64,000 nucleotides of DNA from Takakia lepidozioides (Eukaryota; Plantae; Bryophyta). The notes beneath the pieces are model-generated. The model was not told the origin of the DNA and searched no databases. It worked only from the letters and a program-made list of their open reading frames with translations. The position numbers and the translations under genes were made by a program. Location of the stretch: positions 27,404,001 through 27,468,000 of the forward strand of contig CM060733.1 of NCBI GenBank assembly GCA_030704615.1. Reading direction: 5' to 3'. How positions within the stretch are numbered: the first letter of the stretch is position 1; every line of letters starts with the position of its first letter. Below, in pieces: positions 22,846 to 36,151 of the stretch.

Positions 22846-23363
22846 AAAACTCAAATTCTCAAAATACTCTTGTATGGTCAATTTTGAGATTTGGGATTCG
22901 CTTATCCCATATTTCCGTTCCCTTGCCATCAGCCATCTCCACCGTGTACTGGTATGGTGAAGGTTCCATGGGTAAGGGAATTAATATGCGAATATGGGAT
23001 AAGCGAATCCCAAATCTCAAATTGACCATACAAGAGTATTCTGAGAATTTGAGTTTTAAGATTACCAAGTTGAACATAACCATGTGTGAGCTTATTACAT
23101 TATGCATGGATCCAGTGTCAAACAATACAAGTACCTTCTCACCTTGCACCTTTTCAATCATCTTGATGAGATGTGCCCCCTCAAAATGATATCCATTGAT
23201 GGCCTCTTGCGAGAGGAAGCAGTGGTGTGCATGCGACACCGTCTTCTTCATTTGGTAAGAGGCCAGCAATGGATATCAGTTTGAGGAGGCACATCTGATC
23301 AGGATGATTGGAAAGGTGCCGAGGGTAGGTAAGCCTTGAGTGATCTTTATGGTGTGTGAGCAT
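22846..23363 (-). mobile_element. Rearranged Ty3/gypsy protease fragment with an internal inverted duplication
   Basis: VLVLFDTGSMHNVIS and TVEMADG motifs; 68-bp inverted arms at 22846-22913 and 22991-23057. Confidence 0.55.
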
Positions 23364-23899
23364 GGCTGTGTGGACAGCAAGAGGTCAAGAAAGATGCAGC
23401 AGCAAAGCTGGTAAGGTACATTGACCCTGCAACTAAGGCAGTCTTCAGGGGTTCTCTGAGGTTAAGAACTACAACATCACAGTTGGGCGACCAAACCTTA
23501 CCAAGTGGATTGAGGTAAGGAATCTAGTCCTCCCAAAATCATTGGTCATATGTATTGCATCCATGAACATGCAATTGATTGCTGCAGCTTTACTGTTGAT
23601 AGATAGCATAGTTGAAACAGATGCACGAAGCAGTTTTCTGCCATAACCCAACTGCTAAGACCCATCCCTATTTTCCTCCAAAGATCTAGGTGAGTCTTTG
23701 GAGTCAATCTCCCTTAGGGACTCCCTAAAATCATGGACAGGTGAGGGTGTAATGGTGCTCCCAATCGTGTCTCATCCAACCTCTTTGAAGCTGGAATGCA
23801 TGTGCAGGTCTTCTGGAAGGGCTCAACTGGCTGAGATGGGGACGAAGTCTGGTCTAGGCTGCCCATATAGATCTCCAAGGCAGAGATCCCACTTTTGTC

Positions 23900-24170
23900 T
23901 TAGATTTCAAAGACCCACCTTGCACCACCACTTAAGAGAGGCCATAAGTGCGAAGAGGGGGTGGCTCGGAGAATATGTTGCTTGACCAAAAGGCACCAAG
24001 GAGCATTCAGATTACTAAAGATCCGCGGAATCCATTTTGCGAGCAGAGCACATATATGTGTGTCTGGATCGAGGATCCCGAGGCCACCAAACCTTTTTCT
24101 TTTGAGAGATCTGCGCCCAACCGAGGAGATGAACCAGCACGAACCCAATAACACCTGATTAGTAATTAAG
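23900..24170 (-). mobile_element. LINE ORF2 fragment (post-RT GGLG region)
   Basis: K..GGLGILDP....ALLAKWIPRI...NAPW motif. Confidence 0.6.
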
Positions 24171-24239
24171 GCCCTCCCGATAATCGAGAGGTCTATCATT
24201 TATTTATTTATGTTTTTCCCGGCATTTCGATAGATGTCG

Positions 24240-24535
24240 TCGATGATCATCGTGAAATCATGATCATGAAGAAATTGTCCGGGGGGGGGGGGGGGGGGGG
24301 GGACGACGGAAAAAAAAACAATAAAAAAGTGCGTCAACACACTCAATTTCTTCATGATCGACAGTGTTGTGTGGGTCCGGGTTTTCACCTTCGGTACCCG
24401 ACGGGTTGGGGGAAAAATAATAATAATAATAATTTAAAAAAATATATATTTTTTTTTTTGTCCCCCTCCCCCCTTCGCAGAGAACTGAGTGCGTCAACAT
24501 ACTCAATTTATTCATGTTCATGATTTCAGGATGAT
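24240..24535. repeat. ~150-bp degenerate tandem repeat split by the LTR element (continues at 31509-31760)
   Basis: GTGCGTCAACACACTCAATTTCTTCATGATC...GACAGTGTTGTG..GGTCC...GGTACC units with G-runs occur on both sides of the insertion. Confidence 0.7.
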
Positions 24536-25261
24536 TGTCGCGGCCCTTTGCCTTGAGGGCAGGGAGGTCGGGACACAAGAGGGGCTGCCTCTGTGGTGGG
24601 GGCAGTAGCAGCGATAGGTACGGGGGCTGAAGCACCCTTGAGTGCCCAAGGCACCCAAGGAGGCGGAGGCGCTCGCTAGGTGGAGCCCCGCACACCGGGT
24701 TGCGGTGGGGGTGGCTCCACAAGGGGTGGTGGTAGCTTAGTGGGACTTAGTGGGGGTGGCACAGGACTCACCATGGGGGTGGAGACCTCGTGATGGGAGT
24801 CGTGGGGAGTCTTGGGACTCATCACGGTCCATAGGGGCCGTGGTGAGCGGGCCAAGACTCACCGCGACTCACCACCGGGAATCGAGGGTCTTCGTGGTGG
24901 TTCGCCATAAAATGGCATGGCTGGTTGTGAAACCCCCGCGGACAGCTACAGAAGTATATATAGGGAGTAGTAACCCCGAGAACGGTGCAAGCCCGTTGGT
25001 GACCAAAAACTAGTGGGTAAGCGAACGAGCCGGAAAGCGACCAAAGAGTGGGGAGCTGTTCCGGACTGCCATCTACCAAAGGGAATTCTCCTAGTCCCAA
25101 TTAGGTGGAGGGTTTTAGAGGGAAGCGAAGGGGGACCGTTATGTCTCGGTGAGCAGCCGAAGCTCCAAGTTGGCCCGGCGGCCAGGTTGGGAGTCAGGCG
25201 CGCGCATCAAAGCGAGTAACTATGACTTGAAGGGGAGTTTACCGAAGTGAGGTGCGCGACA
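24536..25261 (+). repeat. 5' LTR (726 bp)
   Basis: TGTCGCGG...GCGCGACA; about 10 substitutions and 1 indel relative to the 3' LTR. Confidence 0.97.
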
Positions 25262-25263
25262 CT

Positions 25264-25275
25264 TGGTATCAGAGC
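25264..25275 (+). other. Primer-binding site complementary to initiator tRNA-Met
   Basis: TGGTATCAGAGC, 2 nt after the 5' LTR. Confidence 0.92.
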
Positions 25276-25316
25276 TTAGAGTTCAGTACGCGATCGTCCT
25301 TGGGATTGGCCTCATC

Positions 25317-28300
25317 ATGGGGTCGGGCAAGCCGAAGCGAAAGCGGAACGGACCAAAAGATGATGATCCCGGTGAGCCCGATGGGGGCGGCGTGTCACCG
25401 AGGCGGCCGTTTGAGGAAGCGATGCATGTTTCCGAAAACGAGGCCGCCCAAGAGCGGGAGGAATCCGAGGAGTCGGAGCCCGAGGAATCCTTGAGAGCTC
25501 CGACAAACCAAGAGATGCCTCCCATGCCGGCAGCCTTTTGGGAAGGGTTGTTGGCGCAGTTTGGCGGGACGTTGAAAGACGTGTTGAAGGCGGCTAATGC
25601 CACTTCCACTAAGGCAAAGTTTAAGGTGAAGCCTAAGGAACCCGGCACCTTCGAGGGCGTCCGAAATCGGAAGGCACTCAACACCTGGCTCTTGGAGCTG
25701 GAGCAGTACTTCCGGGCGGCCAAGTTGAGTGACGAGGATCGCGTGGAAGTGGCTCCCACCTATTTGAGGGGCTATGCTCAACAATGGTGGCAAAAACGCC
25801 TTCACGACCGAGGTCCAAGTCCGGAAACCTTGAATTGGAGTGGGTTCAAGGAATTGTTGAAGAGACAATTTGTGCCCCTCAACGCGTCCTGGCTTGCCCG
25901 GGACAAGATGAGGAATTTGAAGCAAACAGATGACATTCGGGGGTATGTCCAGGCTTTCAATGTGCTGTTGCTCGAAGTCGCGGACATGGCAGAACCAGAA
26001 ATGGTCTTCAACTTTGTGGCGGGACTGGCCCCATGGGCCAGGCGGAAGTTAGAGGAGAAGCCACCCAAGACTTTGAACGAGGCAATTGAGAGGGTTGAAT
26101 GTTTCTCGGATGTCCCTAAGGGTGAAAAACAAGGCCGTACGGAGCTGAACCACAAGAAGATTCGGCGGGAAGGTGACTCCTTCCGACCGGAAAAGAAGTG
26201 GGATAGGCCACACGGCGAAAATGGCACGTGGAAATCGAAGGGAGGGCCTTCACACGTCAAGGCGGCACCCGGTGCTCCGAAAGGAAAAGCGGGTGGAGCG
26301 GCTTATGGCGGACAGAAGGCGACCTTTGATGGAGTGTGTTTCAATTGCGGGGAGCCCGGGCACATGGCCAAGAAGTGCACGAAGCCCCGGCAATTGAACA
26401 TGACTCGGGCGACCACGGAGCTGTCGGAAGATACCATCAGTCGCTTGGTGGAAGCGGTGGTCGCCAGGACTTGCAAGGTAGGCAAATTTTCTTGTGAGTT
26501 GTATCAGGAAACTGGCGCCTTACGAAAAGGGAGTCAGTTATTGTTCGTGGATGGGATAATATCCGGAACTAATGTGTCGTTGTTGGTGGACACAGGAGCG
26601 TTGCACTCCTTCATGACACCGGCAATGGCACAAAAGCTGGGACTCCCGACAAGTGACGTGGGGGCCTCTATTGAGGTGCGTTCTGCCAAAGGAGAACCAC
26701 AGTTGGCGACAAGGTTGGCGATTGATGTTCCTCTTCAACTGGGGAGTTGGGAGGGACGTGAGAACTTCACCATTTGCGAGATCGATGGAGTAGATCTCAT
26801 TTTAGGGATGACCTTTTTGAGCAAATCCGGAGCGGTCATAGATGGCCGCAAGAGAGTAGTCACGCTGCCATGTGGGAATGGTGGCGAGGTCTTACGAGTG
26901 TCGGAAACGCCGAAATCCGTGGGAGGGCGAATAAACCTTCTGTCAGCAAGGGAGTGGGCCGTGGAGGAGGCACACGAACCCCAGTTCTTGCTTTACATTA
27001 GAGAAGTGAAGGGAGAAGGCGATGGGGAGCCGAGCCCAGATTGGATCAAGGGGATTTTGGAGAAATACCAGGATGTGATGCCGGAGGATTTACCAAGCGG
27101 CTTGCCACCGCGAAGAGGAGTTGACCACAAGATTGAGGTGATACCGGGATCGGAACCGCCTGCCAAGGCGCCCTACCGGTTGAGCCACAGAGAGTTGGTC
27201 GAGCTGAAGACTCAGCTCAAGGATCTAATGTCAAAGGGGTACATCCGGCCGAGTAAGTCGCCTTACGGAGCCCCGGTGCTATTTGCAGACAAGAAGGATG
27301 GGACGCTGCGGATGTGTGTCGATTACAGGGCTCTGAATAAGGTGACTATCAAAAACCGGTACCCTTTGCCAAGGATCGACGACCTCTTCGATCGGTTGGC
27401 AGGAGCGAAGTATTTCAGCCGGATCGACTTGCGCTCCGGCTATCACCAAATTCGGGTGGCGGAAGGAGATGAGGAGAAAACCGCGTGCAGGACAAGGTAT
27501 GGTTCATATGAGTTCTTGGTGATGCCTTTTGGGCTCACCAATGCACCAGCGACATTTAGCACGCTGATGAACAGCCTTTTCCAAGAGTGGTTGGATGACT
27601 TTGTGATCGTGTACATCGACGACATCTTGGTGTACTCGAAAACAAAGGAGGAGCACCTGGAGCACCTCAAAAGGGTGTTCCAAAAATTGCGGGAAGGGAA
27701 GCTGTATGCCAAAGCTTCAAAGTGCGAATTCGGGGTCACGAAAGTGGAGTTCTTGGGGCATGTGATTACACAGGATGGGATCAAAATGGATGACAGAAAG
27801 GTGAGGGCGATCTTGGACTGGGAGCCTCCGACTTCGGTCCCGGGAGTGCGATCCTTCCTAGGACTCGCCTCCTATTACCGGAAGTATGTGAGAAATTTCG
27901 CCAAGATCGCGGGGCCGCTGTCGGACCTTCTGTGTAAATCCAAAGTCCGGGTATGGAACACATTTTGTGGCCAAGCTTTTGCTGAATTGAAGCAGCGGAT
28001 AACGGAAGCTCCAGTCTTGAAAATCCCGGAGTTCGATCGTCCGTTTGAGATTCATACAGATGCATCGAACTTCGCGATTGGAGGTGTACTTATGCAAGAT
28101 GGACGTCCAGTGGCTTACGAAAATAAGAAACTGAATGAAGTGGAGCGACGGTGGCCGACGCACGAAAAAGAGATGAAGGCGGTGGTGCATTGCCTTGAGC
28201 TCTGGCGCCACTATGTTGGTTCCAACCCAGTGAAGGTGTTCACGGACAATGTCACGGTGAAGTATTTTGCCACGCAGCCCAAGTTGTCCCCAAAACAACT

Positions 28301-29876
28301 TAGGTGGCAAGATACTTTGGCAGTATTCGATGTGGATATCCAGTACAAACCGGGACAGGACAATGTGGTGGCCGATGCTTTAAGTAGAAAGCAGCAGATC
28401 TTGTTGGTGTACAAGGGCGAGACGGCACTCCAAAGGAAGATCCGGAAGGCTTGCCGGAAGGATGAGCTGGCGAAGTCCGTGATGCAGGACTTGAGGATGG
28501 GGGTTAAATCGCAGTTCCACTTGCAAAATGGACTGCTCCGGTATAAGCAAAAGCGTCTCTACGTGCCGAAGGGAGGGATCAGGGATAGTCTCTTGAGAGA
28601 ATGCCACGATAGCCCGCTTGCGGGCCACGGCGGAGCCAAGCGCACTGCGGCACTCTTGAAGAAAGAGTATTTCTGGCCCAAACTGAGGGAGGAGGCAGAG
28701 GAGTATGTCAAGACATGCACCACATGCCAACAAAACCGGAGCGAGTACAAAAAGCAAGCGGGGCTGTTACAACCCTTGCCGATTCCAGAGGGGACTTGGG
28801 AAAGCGTCTCGATGAATTTCATGACTGCTATGCCGCTGTCAAAAGGATTCGATGCAATCATGGTGGTGGTGGATAGGTTCAGTAAAATGGGCCATTTCAT
28901 CCCCACCAAGGAGACGGCAACGGCGCAGGAGATAGGGCTACTTTACTTCGCCCATGTCTTAAAACATCATGGAGTCCCGAAGGATATTGTCTCGGATCGC
29001 GATCCAAAGTTTACGAGTAAATTTTGGAAGACACTTTGGAAGAAGATGGGGACGAGGCTGAAGATGAGCACCGCCTTCCGACCTACGACGGACGGCCAAA
29101 CGGAAAGAGTGAATTCCGTAGTGAAGCAATTCTTGCGGAATTACGTGTCGGCAGACCAATCAGACTGGATGGAACACTTAGACGCGGCAGAGTTCTGTTA
29201 TAATAACACAGAACACTCCGCAATGGGAGTTTCCCCTTTCGTATTGGTCTATGGAAAAGCACCTCTGGTGCCGACAAGTTGGGCCGCCCAGGACGTTGAG
29301 GAACCGGCAGTAGCGGCGGTACTGGAAGAACGCGAGCGTTTGAAGAAGCTCGCAAAATACAATATTGCCAAAGCTAGGAAACGGTATGAAAGGCAGGCGA
29401 ATCGGAAGCGGAGGGAAGTGAAGTTTGAGGCAGGCACAGAGGTCTGGTTGAACATCAAGAATTTCCGACTACCTCCGGAAGTGAGTCCGAAGTTCGTACC
29501 TCTGTATGCGGGACCCTTTCGCATTCGGAAGGTTATGAATGAGGATGTGTATGAATTGGAGCTGCCGGCAAACAGCAAGGTGCACCCAGTATTCCATGTC
29601 TCCCTTTTGAAGCCTTACTTCAAAGATGAAGCGCGTCCGAATCGGCATCAAATGTTGCGTCCGCCTATGCTGTTGGATCATGAAAATGAACCTGAGTACG
29701 AGGTGGAGGCAATACTTAAGTCGAGGAGGTTTAGGAACCGAGAAACGGAGCATCTCGTCAAATGGAAGGGCTATCATCATGTGGAGGCATCTTGGGTGCG
29801 TGCCTCAGAAATGGGAAACGCATCCGAGGCGGTTGCAGCTTTCGAAGGGCGACCTCAAAAGCGGAAGAAGCGTTGA
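25317..29876 (+). CDS. Gag-Pol polyprotein (gag, CCHC, protease, RT, RNase H, integrase, chromodomain)
   Basis: [14 protein letters not shown]; LVDTGA; YIDDIL; TDAS; H..H/C..C integrase Zn finger; SDRD..TDGQTER; GPF; [18 protein letters not shown] is uninterrupted. Confidence 0.96.
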   Translation: MGSGKPKRKRNGPKDDDPGEPDGGGVSPRRPFEEAMHVSENEAAQEREESEESEPEESLRAPTNQEMPPMPAAFWEGLLAQFGGTLKDVLKAANATSTKAKFKVKPKEPGTFEGVRNRKALNTWLLELEQYFRAAKLSDEDRVEVAPTYLRGYAQQWWQKRLHDRGPSPETLNWSGFKELLKRQFVPLNASWLARDKMRNLKQTDDIRGYVQAFNVLLLEVADMAEPEMVFNFVAGLAPWARRKLEEKPPKTLNEAIERVECFSDVPKGEKQGRTELNHKKIRREGDSFRPEKKWDRPHGENGTWKSKGGPSHVKAAPGAPKGKAGGAAYGGQKATFDGVCFNCGEPGHMAKKCTKPRQLNMTRATTELSEDTISRLVEAVVARTCKVGKFSCELYQETGALRKGSQLLFVDGIISGTNVSLLVDTGALHSFMTPAMAQKLGLPTSDVGASIEVRSAKGEPQLATRLAIDVPLQLGSWEGRENFTICEIDGVDLILGMTFLSKSGAVIDGRKRVVTLPCGNGGEVLRVSETPKSVGGRINLLSAREWAVEEAHEPQFLLYIREVKGEGDGEPSPDWIKGILEKYQDVMPEDLPSGLPPRRGVDHKIEVIPGSEPPAKAPYRLSHRELVELKTQLKDLMSKGYIRPSKSPYGAPVLFADKKDGTLRMCVDYRALNKVTIKNRYPLPRIDDLFDRLAGAKYFSRIDLRSGYHQIRVAEGDEEKTACRTRYGSYEFLVMPFGLTNAPATFSTLMNSLFQEWLDDFVIVYIDDILVYSKTKEEHLEHLKRVFQKLREGKLYAKASKCEFGVTKVEFLGHVITQDGIKMDDRKVRAILDWEPPTSVPGVRSFLGLASYYRKYVRNFAKIAGPLSDLLCKSKVRVWNTFCGQAFAELKQRITEAPVLKIPEFDRPFEIHTDASNFAIGGVLMQDGRPVAYENKKLNEVERRWPTHEKEMKAVVHCLELWRHYVGSNPVKVFTDNVTVKYFATQPKLSPKQLRWQDTLAVFDVDIQYKPGQDNVVADALSRKQQILLVYKGETALQRKIRKACRKDELAKSVMQDLRMGVKSQFHLQNGLLRYKQKRLYVPKGGIRDSLLRECHDSPLAGHGGAKRTAALLKKEYFWPKLREEAEEYVKTCTTCQQNRSEYKKQAGLLQPLPIPEGTWESVSMNFMTAMPLSKGFDAIMVVVDRFSKMGHFIPTKETATAQEIGLLYFAHVLKHHGVPKDIVSDRDPKFTSKFWKTLWKKMGTRLKMSTAFRPTTDGQTERVNSVVKQFLRNYVSADQSDWMEHLDAAEFCYNNTEHSAMGVSPFVLVYGKAPLVPTSWAAQDVEEPAVAAVLEERERLKKLAKYNIAKARKRYERQANRKRREVKFEAGTEVWLNIKNFRLPPEVSPKFVPLYAGPFRIRKVMNEDVYELELPANSKVHPVFHVSLLKPYFKDEARPNRHQMLRPPMLLDHENEPEYEVEAILKSRRFRNRETEHLVKWKGYHHVEASWVRASEMGNASEAVAAFEGRPQKRKKR

Positions 29877-30781
29877 TGGGGACATCAACCTTGGAGCATG
29901 GGGGAGGAAATGCATGCTTAGCCCGGTTTAGCTAGCTCAGGAATCCGATTGCAAAAACTTGTATTGTACAAAAATTTGTTGTAAAGGAAATGGGTTCCAA
30001 ATATTGTGCGTCCTATTGTGTTTGGAATGGTGATGCATGGTGTGGTTGCTAGTGTGTAGAATGCATGCTAGCTTACAAAAGTGGGAGAGGTAAATTGGGT
30101 TAATCGTGTGTTTGCGCAGTGCCGAAATCGGGTGACTCCCATCCAAGGGGCAAGGAAACTTGCGCCTTCTTTGGGAGTTCACGTGCTAGTGCGCACCTGG
30201 CGCGTGCGCGTACTATAACTGCGCTACCGAGGGGGTTGCCTTGTAGTGCGGGCTAACGCGGAAGCTACGTGCTTCTGTTCACGTACTATAATCGTGTAGC
30301 CTCAGGACGAAGTCGTAGTGCGGCTTCGGCGTGTTCCCATACCTCAGGCCAACATTCCAAGGCGGACCCAATTGTAGTGATTGGGGCGCACGATTGGTTC
30401 AAGGTTATCTTCCTAGTCAAAGAGGGTTCCAGGTGAACCCTTGCTCAAGGTGATGCCAAAAGCGGCATCATGAGCGATCGCAAACAATGTTGTTGCAGTA
30501 AGGCGATTCGATCCTCGGGGAGGATCGTTCCTTGGCCTTGAAGTAGGCCAAGAAGAGTGCACTGGGAGGAGCTGGAGAAGCTCCACCCTTGGCCGGGACT
30601 TGGAGGAAGTCGGCCGAACTAGCTAGTGGAGAGTAGAGTCAAGTGTGGGGTTTGGTTCTTTGTCATGGGACGCCATGGTACGGAAACAAACTCCTTGATG
30701 TGGGACGCCACAACTTGGATGTTTGTTTCTACAAAATGGACAAGTCGATGAGGACATCGACTCCCTGTTGGTAGGGGTGTG

Positions 30782-31508
30782 TGTCGCGGCCCTTTGCCTT
30801 GAGGGCAGGGAGGTCGGGACACAAGAGGGGCTGCCTTTGTGGTGGGGGCAGTAGCAGCGATAGGTACGGGGGCTGAAACACCCTTGAGTGCCCAAGGCAC
30901 TCAAGGAGGCGGAGGCGCTCGCTAGGTGGAGCCCCGCACACCGGGTTGCGGTGGGGGTGGCTCCACAAGGGGTGGTGGTAGCTTAGTGGGACTTAGTGGG
31001 GGTGGCATAGGACTCACCATGGGGGTGGAGACCTCGTGATGGGAGTCGTGGGGAGTCTTGGGACTCATCACGGTCCATAGGGGCCGTGGTGAGCGGGCCA
31101 AGACTCACCGCGACTCACCACCGGGAATCGAGGGTCTTCGTGGTGGTTCGCCATAAAATGGCATGGCTGGTTGTGAAACCCCCGCGGACAGCTACAGAAG
31201 TATATATAGGGAGTAGTAACCCCGAGAACGGTGCAAGCCCGTTGGTGACCAAAAACTAGTGAGTAAGCGAGCGAGCCGGAAAGCGACCAAAGAGTGGGGA
31301 GCTGTTCTGGACTGCCATCTACCAAAGGGAATTCTCCTAGTCCCAATTAGGTGGAGGGTTTTAGAGGGAAGCGAAGGGGGACCGTTATATCTCGGTGAGC
31401 AGCCGAAGCTCCAAGTTGGCCCGGCGGCCAGGTTGGGAGTCAGGCGCGCGCATCAAAGTGATTTAACTATGACTTGAAGGGGAGTTTACCGAAGTGAGGT
31501 GCGCGACA
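30782..31508 (+). repeat. 3' LTR (727 bp)
   Basis: Direct repeat of 24536-25261. Confidence 0.97.
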
Positions 31509-34500
31509 ATGATCATCGACGACATCGACGACAGTGTTGTGCGGGTCCGGATTTTCACCCTGGGTACCTGACAGGTTGGGAAAAAGGGGGGGGGGGGGGG
31601 GATAAATAAATCTTGCTTTTTTTGGGTTCCCACCCCCCGCGGAGAACTGAGTGCGTCAACACACTCAATTTCTTCATGATCATGATTTCAGGATGATCAT
31701 TGACGACAGTGTTGTGCAGGTCCAGATTTTCATCCTGGGTACCCGGCGGGTTAGGGTCAGCGTTTTTCTTATTGGCAATTTTTCGCCATTTGGCCGCCTG
31801 AAAATCCCTTTGGCGAATGAAACAAAGGGAAAAAAATGTCCAAATAAGGCAATTTTCGCCAAAAATTGGGGGTCTCAAAAAAGTCTTCGCTTGTGGACCC
31901 ACGGGGGCAGCACAAATGTAGCCATGGCGGGGCCCATACAAGATGATCTGATGGGCCAGATGAGGAGTGGGTTCAGGATTGTGGGGCCTCCTCCGTTCCC
32001 AAGGACATGCTCGTCGCCGGTCTTGCGAGAACTATACACCTCATTGCACCAATTAGCCTATGGTTTTCACATAGAATAGAAAGAGTTCCGTCCTATAGTT
32101 TTTAACTATTTATGTACTTCACCTTCTATTGCTCATCAACCTCCATTTGATTCGCAAAATATGGCAAGGGTGGAAATACATGTAGCCTACCAATTCGAGG
32201 ACAATTATCTAGAGTGGGCCACTTACACTAGCCTACACCCAATATATATAGCCACTCCTACCCCTTTTCAAAATTCCTAAAAAAAACCCTGGTTAGGGTC
32301 CGGGTTACCTATCCGGATCCGGACCCAGACTCGCCATCTAGGTCCAGAACCCATTAAACCCGCTATTCACGGGCCAGAGTTGGTATAGCCATCTTCCCTA
32401 GTTCACTAGTTGACTTTCTAGATAGTTTTACTTTCTAAATAGTTCTACTATTGTCGGTGGGTTGAAAAGCAACTCACTAGTGGGTGTGGCTGCTGCAGGA
32501 ATATACTTATAAGAACAGTGACCAGAGAAGGTTGGGGCTTGGTGAAAGTGGGATGTTTGGATCTTCTGAGCACATGGATGATGTGGGAGAGACCAGTTGT
32601 GCTGATAACAAGAATGGTTCAAATTTGCAGGCTCCTGGCCACTAAGGTGGTGACAGAGGGTTTCCTTGTTACATAGCTCATGGCCAAGCCGCTGCACCCT
32701 GGAGCCCCTAGTGATGTCAGTGTGAATTGATTATTTTTAAAGAAAATCGTTGAGAAATACAAGTGTCATTCAATATATTATATGTAACCGCCAATTGCAT
32801 ATATATCCGCCAATTTTAGGACACCTCTAACCATCCTATTCATAACCGTCTAAATTTTCAGAATTTTGTAGAATAGATAACTGGTGGATATACTAAAATA
32901 AAAAATTCATCCTTATACATAACCATGGAGTGTGTCCATCCTAAAAATATTGAAGTAACCTTAACCAGCGGATATGTAAAATTCTTATAGCCGGCCAACA
33001 CTGGCACATACCACCTCAGAAGTGGTTGTGGGTTTAATCCATCGATTGGTGTCACAAAGGTGTCCACCTTTCTAGTGGAAGACAGTAACCCTCCGGGGTG
33101 AAGAGACACCATAATTTAAGCTTCCGTTGGGTGGCGTCATATATTATTATATTATTATTAGTTGTCTCTCTCTTGTCTCACAGCTATTGTCTCAAGTTAT
33201 TTTGTTGGCTCAAGAGTAGAATCCACCTCTTTCATAGTAGTATCATGCAATGATGTGGGTCATACCGCGGAGGTCGTCGAAGTTTCTTGACGTTCAACAA
33301 GACCTCCATGTCTGCTTCAAACTTGACTTCCCTCCGATTCCGGTTTGCTTGCAACTCATAGCACGTTCTTGCTTTGGTGATGTTGGATTTTGTAGCGCAT
33401 GTGAACTTCCTCCATCACCACCATTGCCACTGGAACCTTTTTCCCATTCCCTCTAGCCTCATCTTTCGTTGCTTGTATTTGCTTTAGGCATTGTTGGCAA
33501 CTTGATAAAAAATAAATTTGTGAAAATATTTATAATCACATGATTATTTTTTCATAAATTGAAGTATAAAGATTCTTTATTTAGTTCAACTACACCACAT
33601 CATCATTTTATTTCACATCATACATGTAGAGAAACACATACCATATCATCATGTGTACATCAAGATCCACTATTGTTGATTGCTATTGGTGAAATCCAGC
33701 TGATTTTTTAATATTTATTCTAAAATCCATATTTTATATTATTCAATATTTTATTTGAGATATTTGAATAAATATGTAATCACACTGAGACAGTTCAAGA
33801 ACAGTCTTCGAGAAAAAGAGTGGAAACTTCTATGTTTATAGACTGAGTGTTCGGAATATAAAGTGGAGTGAATTGTTCTATGTTTGTGCATTTCGATTCT
33901 TCAGAATAAAGAGTGGAAAGTTCCAAATTGTAAGTAATTACAAAAAAAATCAAATAAAAAAATGCAATGTTGCAAGTTCAAATGAAAGTTGTTCAGTATA
34001 CACTGTAATAAATAGAATGTATAAAACAGTTTTTTTTTTTTCATATTTCCAAAATCGCAAGCGGGGCCACCTGGGAATTCTATCCGCCCATGTGGCGAGA
34101 ATAATGAGGTGAAAAAGTTAGAAAAAATGGCCATACTCCAGGTGGCATGTTTAACTGGCCCATGTTGGCAAAATTAGACTCCTGAAATTCATCTGCTGGT
34201 GCTTTTTGGCAAAAATCTCGGATTTTACCCCGATAATTCCTTTGTACAAGTAGCCAACCGTTTTTCAGGTCAAAATCTGACGATTTTTCGCCAGGAAAAA
34301 AAAACACTGATGTAAAGTCTAGCCTAAATTATTCAGTTTAAGAATTAAGTGTTGGGTTCACAATACAAAGAAAAAAATAATTCGTTTTTAAACAAAGATT
34401 GGAACGACTTGTGCATATCAGCAAGCACAAAAGGTTACTACAGCTTACAAAGTTGGAACTTTGTTTGTTCATGAGGTCAAAGCCTGCATGATTCAAAGAG

Positions 34501-36151
34501 AAGAGAGTTCAAATGAAAAAGAGTTCTAACCACTGAAGTTCAATTTGGTGAATGTAGTCAACATTTTCCATTGACAATAGATCAAGTATACGGTGAATAT
34601 CCTTATAACTCATTCTTTAAAATATGTGACGTTCATATTATTTTTCCATTGTCTAGTGTAGTGTGAAAAGAAGGGGCATAAATCCCCTTCTATGTAATTC
34701 TAACTTTACTTCTTCCAGAAAAAGAACAACCTAGTAATCTACCAACGGTACACGGTTGTGGATTTCCCTCCTATTGTTTATGATCAGAGTTCATAAATCC
34801 TCATCCACGCCATAGCGGAAGAGAAAACATGGATGGGGATTGAATCCTTCTTGTTCATGATTTGCACAATTTTTATACAATTACAACACCAATGGTGCTG
34901 CTGTGATGTTTTCAGTGATACAACCAGCCCTATGACGGAACTAATGGCAGCCTATGTGGACATCACCCTTGAGCAATGCATGTTGAAACCCCTTTGTAAT
35001 GAGATCACTAATAAAAAGAAGACAACTCAGATCTGCCATGAATTACAGGCCTAGTGATTCTCTGCAAATATCATGGTTTTTCCTCTATCTCCCAGTTGAC
35101 CATCCATAATTACCCCTTTTACTAAGCAGCTCTCTCCCTTCCCAAACCTTTTCTCTCTCCTTTCTTCTATAAAAATCCCCAATTCATTTTCTTCCAACCA
35201 ACAGCCTATCTACATGCAATGCAAACACATTTAACCATGTATCCAGTTAATCCAGTCTTGGAATTAACCATTTCTTTACACAAGACATAATCAGCTCCTT
35301 CATGGTCTTTCTCTCACCCAAAACAGACCCTCCCCACTATTTGCCTCCAGAGACAGCCCAGTTTGTCAGTCAGTTCCCACCCTTCTATAAATGTGCATCT
35401 ACACACCCCCAACAACTCACTTTTGCACTTTTAGCTTTGAACCTACAAAGTTCGCAGGCTAAGTCCACTCTGTACTAGTTCTAACCTCAACTTCAATTCA
35501 GCTTGCAGACCCATCCCTCCCTTAGTAATTAAACTTGAAATCTAATTGCCTTACAGTGTGCAAGCATTCTGATTCAATGTGCCTTACGCCTTGCATCCAG
35601 CCATCCACACCTTCCTCTTTCTGTTTACAAAGAAATCGTAGCTAACCCTCACTAGTGCTCACATCAACTATATTGGATTGCATGTACATCTAACCATCAA
35701 AATCCTAGAGCCGCATTGTATGCAGATTCATAATACTGAAGCCAAAGGAACAAAAATAAAACAAACAACAAACATTCTGTCATTGTGGGTGAACTACATC
35801 TGCCCTCAATCAGCACTCCCACAGACATATGCATCAGATCCATTCATCTCCACAATCTCCTGGTTTGAAGTCCAGAGCCCCCATTCCATTTTCCAAAATC
35901 TTTTTCTGTCTCTCTCATTTTCCAGTTTGAGAGTGTCTCTACCAAAATTCCACAGCCACTATTCCTAAAAAAAAACCTAGCGTCATCGCACTTAGCTGTT
36001 CTTATATCCTCCCTTAAGCGGTGGATGCCTATCTATCAGTTCATCCCTTCCCCGCTTCTGCTACCAGCTCGATCTCATCTGTCGTTGTCACTGCCATACT
36101 GACGCACCCAGAAAGACATCATTCATTACTCTATGGTGCTAAAATCTTTAT

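Larger units (their letters stand above)
24536..31508 (+). mobile_element. Full-length Ty3/gypsy chromovirus LTR retrotransposon
   Basis: TG...CA LTRs at 24536-25261 and 30782-31508; 5-bp TSD ATGAT (24531-24535 and 31509-31513); PBS TGGTATCAGAGC; purine tract before the 3' LTR; single gag-pol ORF. Confidence 0.98.

Noticed and set aside
25283-29931. Antisense and alternate-frame ORFs within gag-pol
   Set aside because: Shadow ORFs of a GC-rich coding sequence with no motifs of their own.
29877-30781. Hammerhead/twister ribozyme or env-like ORF in the retrotransposon 3' region
   Set aside because: No CUGANGA...GAAA core with flanking stems was found and there is no substantial ORF.
32719-34309. 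hAT-type element bounded by CAGTG...CACTG
   Set aside because: Only ~6 bp of terminal match, no 8-bp TSD and no recognisable transposase; too weak to call.
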